Shown here piece after piece: positions 5,036-6,136 of a DNA stretch of 6,136 bases. Below the pieces are notes generated by a model. The model ran no database searches. It was not told the DNA's origin and saw only the letters and a list, made by a program, of their open reading frames with translations. A program made the position numbers and the translations under genes. The stretch is from an uncultured Elusimicrobia bacterium (lineage in GTDB: Bacteria; Elusimicrobiota; Elusimicrobia; UBA1565). The stretch is taken from positions 23,268 through 29,403 of the forward strand of contig CAYHRV010000008.1 of the NCBI GenBank assembly GCA_964359165.1, given 5' to 3'. The number at the start of each line of letters is the position of its first letter. Position 1 is the stretch's first letter.

Positions 5036-5111
5036 TGAAACGGAAGTCGGCCCTCCAGAGGGAGAGAGCCCCCCGGACGGAGACAGACCCCCGCGGGGGG
5101 TCCGTCGAGTT

Positions 5112-5657
5112 ATGAACCTCTCCGACCGGGTGTTGGCGCGGCGGTATGCGATGGCTTTTTGCTTGAGCGCGGCGGGCAAGGCGGCGGCGGGGGGGGAGGC
5201 GGAGGAAAAGGCCGTCGGGGAGTTGTTGCGGGCCGCCCATTCCCTCCAGGATGAGATGCCCTCGCTCAAGGATCCGCGCGTGAGCCCCGCGGAGAAGAAG
5301 GCGCTCATCAAGCGCGCCCTCCCGGACGCCTCCGCGCGCACGCTCCGATTCCTGGACCTCCTTATAGATAAGAAGCGCTTCGGCCTGCTTCCCCATGTGA
5401 CGGGGGACCTGGGCCGCATCCTCGATGAGCGCAAGGGGACCGTCCGGGCTTCGGCGCGCTCGGCCCACGATCTGGCGCCCGCGGAGGCCGAGGCCCTGAG
5501 GGCGCGTTTGGCGGCGTTCAGCGGCAAGAGCGTCGTCCTGGATTTCAAGACGGACCCGGAGCTGCTCGCCGGCGCCGTCGTGCGGATGGGAGACTGGGTG
5601 CTCGACGGGAGCCTGGCGGGACAGTTGCGGCGCTTGGGCGAATCGCTCATGAAATAA
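5112..5657 (+). CDS. atpH: F0F1 ATP synthase F1 subunit delta (OSCP), 181 aa
   Basis: ATG 5112 is the first start codon in this frame after the in-frame stop at 5016-5018. The N-terminus has the ARRYAMAF motif (compare A.RYA.ALF). The C-terminus GKSVVLDFKTDPELLAGAVVRMGDWVLDGSLAGQLRRL matches the delta/OSCP pattern (GK.V.L....DP.L.GG..V..GD.V.DGS). Its position between atpF and atpA also fits. Confidence 0.85.
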   Translation: MNLSDRVLARRYAMAFCLSAAGKAAAGGEAEEKAVGELLRAAHSLQDEMPSLKDPRVSPAEKKALIKRALPDASARTLRFLDLLIDKKRFGLLPHVTGDLGRILDERKGTVRASARSAHDLAPAEAEALRARLAAFSGKSVVLDFKTDPELLAGAVVRMGDWVLDGSLAGQLRRLGESLMK

Positions 5658-5669
5658 GGGGAAGACCAC

Positions 5670-6136
5670 ATGGCCATCAGACCGGAAGAGATCACGGGCG
5701 TCATCCTCAAACAGCTCGACGATTACGAAGGCAAGACCGAGGTGGGCGAGGAGGGCTTCGTCCTCCAGGTGGGCGACGGGATCGCCCGCGTCTGGGGGCT
5801 GGCCAACGCCATGGCCGGGGAGCTCTTGGAGCTTCCGCACGGGGTGTTCGGGATGGTGCTCAACCTCGAGAAGGAGAACGTGGGCTGCGTGCTCATGGGC
5901 AAGGACGAGCTCATCCGCGAGGGCGATCCGGTCCGCCGCACCGGCCGCATCATGCAGGTGCCCGTCGGTGACGCGCTCATCGGTCGCGTGGTCAGCCCCC
6001 TGGGCCAGCCCCTCGACGGGAAAGGACCCATTAAATCGACGGGATTTAGGCCATCGAGGTCATCGCCCCGGGCGTGGTGGACCGCCAGCCCGTGAACGTG
6101 CCGCTCCAGACCGGGCTCAAGGCCATCGACGCGATG
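5670..6136 (+). CDS. atpA: F0F1 ATP synthase F1 subunit alpha, N-terminal part (runs off the 3' edge); reading frame broken by an apparent 1-nt deletion at about 6051-6053
   Basis: SD-like AAGGGGAAG at 5656-5664 precedes ATG 5670. The N-terminal beta-barrel region ([16 protein letters not shown]...[18 protein letters not shown]...VGCVLMG...[39 protein letters not shown]) is typical of alpha. After ...STGFRP the annotated frame reads junk and stops at TGA 6093-6095. The frame starting at 6053 reads [28 protein letters not shown], the conserved alpha segment, up to the window end. Confidence 0.85.

Noticed and set aside
4724-5840. Two long - strand ORFs (4724-5710, 328 aa; 4998-5840, 280 aa), antisense to atpF, atpH and atpA
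   Set aside because: The reasoning is the same. They are Ser/Arg/Pro/Ala-rich low-complexity translations opposite well-supported atp genes. They also overlap each other in different frames.
6042-6056. Programmed -1 ribosomal frameshift in atpA
   Set aside because: There is no X-XXY-YYZ slippery heptamer at the junction (gga ttt agg cca tcg), and I saw no obvious downstream pseudoknot or hairpin. An indel, most simply an assembly error near the sequence end, explains it better. The observation is kept as a finding for read-level checking.
2746-6136. N-type (atypical) ATPase operon
   Set aside because: N-ATPase operons lack the delta subunit and begin with atpD-atpC-atpQ-atpR. Here the order is atpZ-I-B-E-F-H-A with a clear delta/OSCP gene, so this is a standard F-type operon.

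Overview
Visibly GC-rich bacterial chromosomal window. Every credible gene is on the + strand and the genes are tightly packed. In order: (1) a hypothetical coiled-coil ORF (120-500), whose frame stays open to the 5' edge; (2) a MotA/PomA-MotB stator pair (518-1255 and 1255-1938, TAATG overlap); (3) a perfect 43-nt palindromic hairpin; (4) an OmpR/PhoB-family regulator with a degenerate receiver domain (2011 or 1972 to 2700); (5) the proximal part of a canonical F1Fo ATP synthase operon, atpZ-atpI-atpB-atpE-atpF-atpH-atpA (2746-6136). atpA runs off the 3' edge and has an apparent 1-nt frame disruption at about 6051-6053. I saw no rRNA, tRNA, CRISPR array, transposase, integrase or other mobile-element signal. 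This is mostly ordinary core-genome content, and I see no convincing evidence for a novel multi-gene system. The points worth a second look are smaller. They are the phosphoacceptor-less response regulator beside the atp operon, the atpA frame break, and two mini-ORFs that end in ATGA overlaps with atpZ and atpH. Others are the palindrome with promoter-like hexamers in its arm, a c subunit with a hydrophilic C-terminal tail followed by a GNRA-capped hairpin, twin C10 tracts at the 5' edge, and a stator pair with no flagellar neighbours. The many long antisense and alternate-frame ORFs in the track look like GC-rich shadow ORFs.
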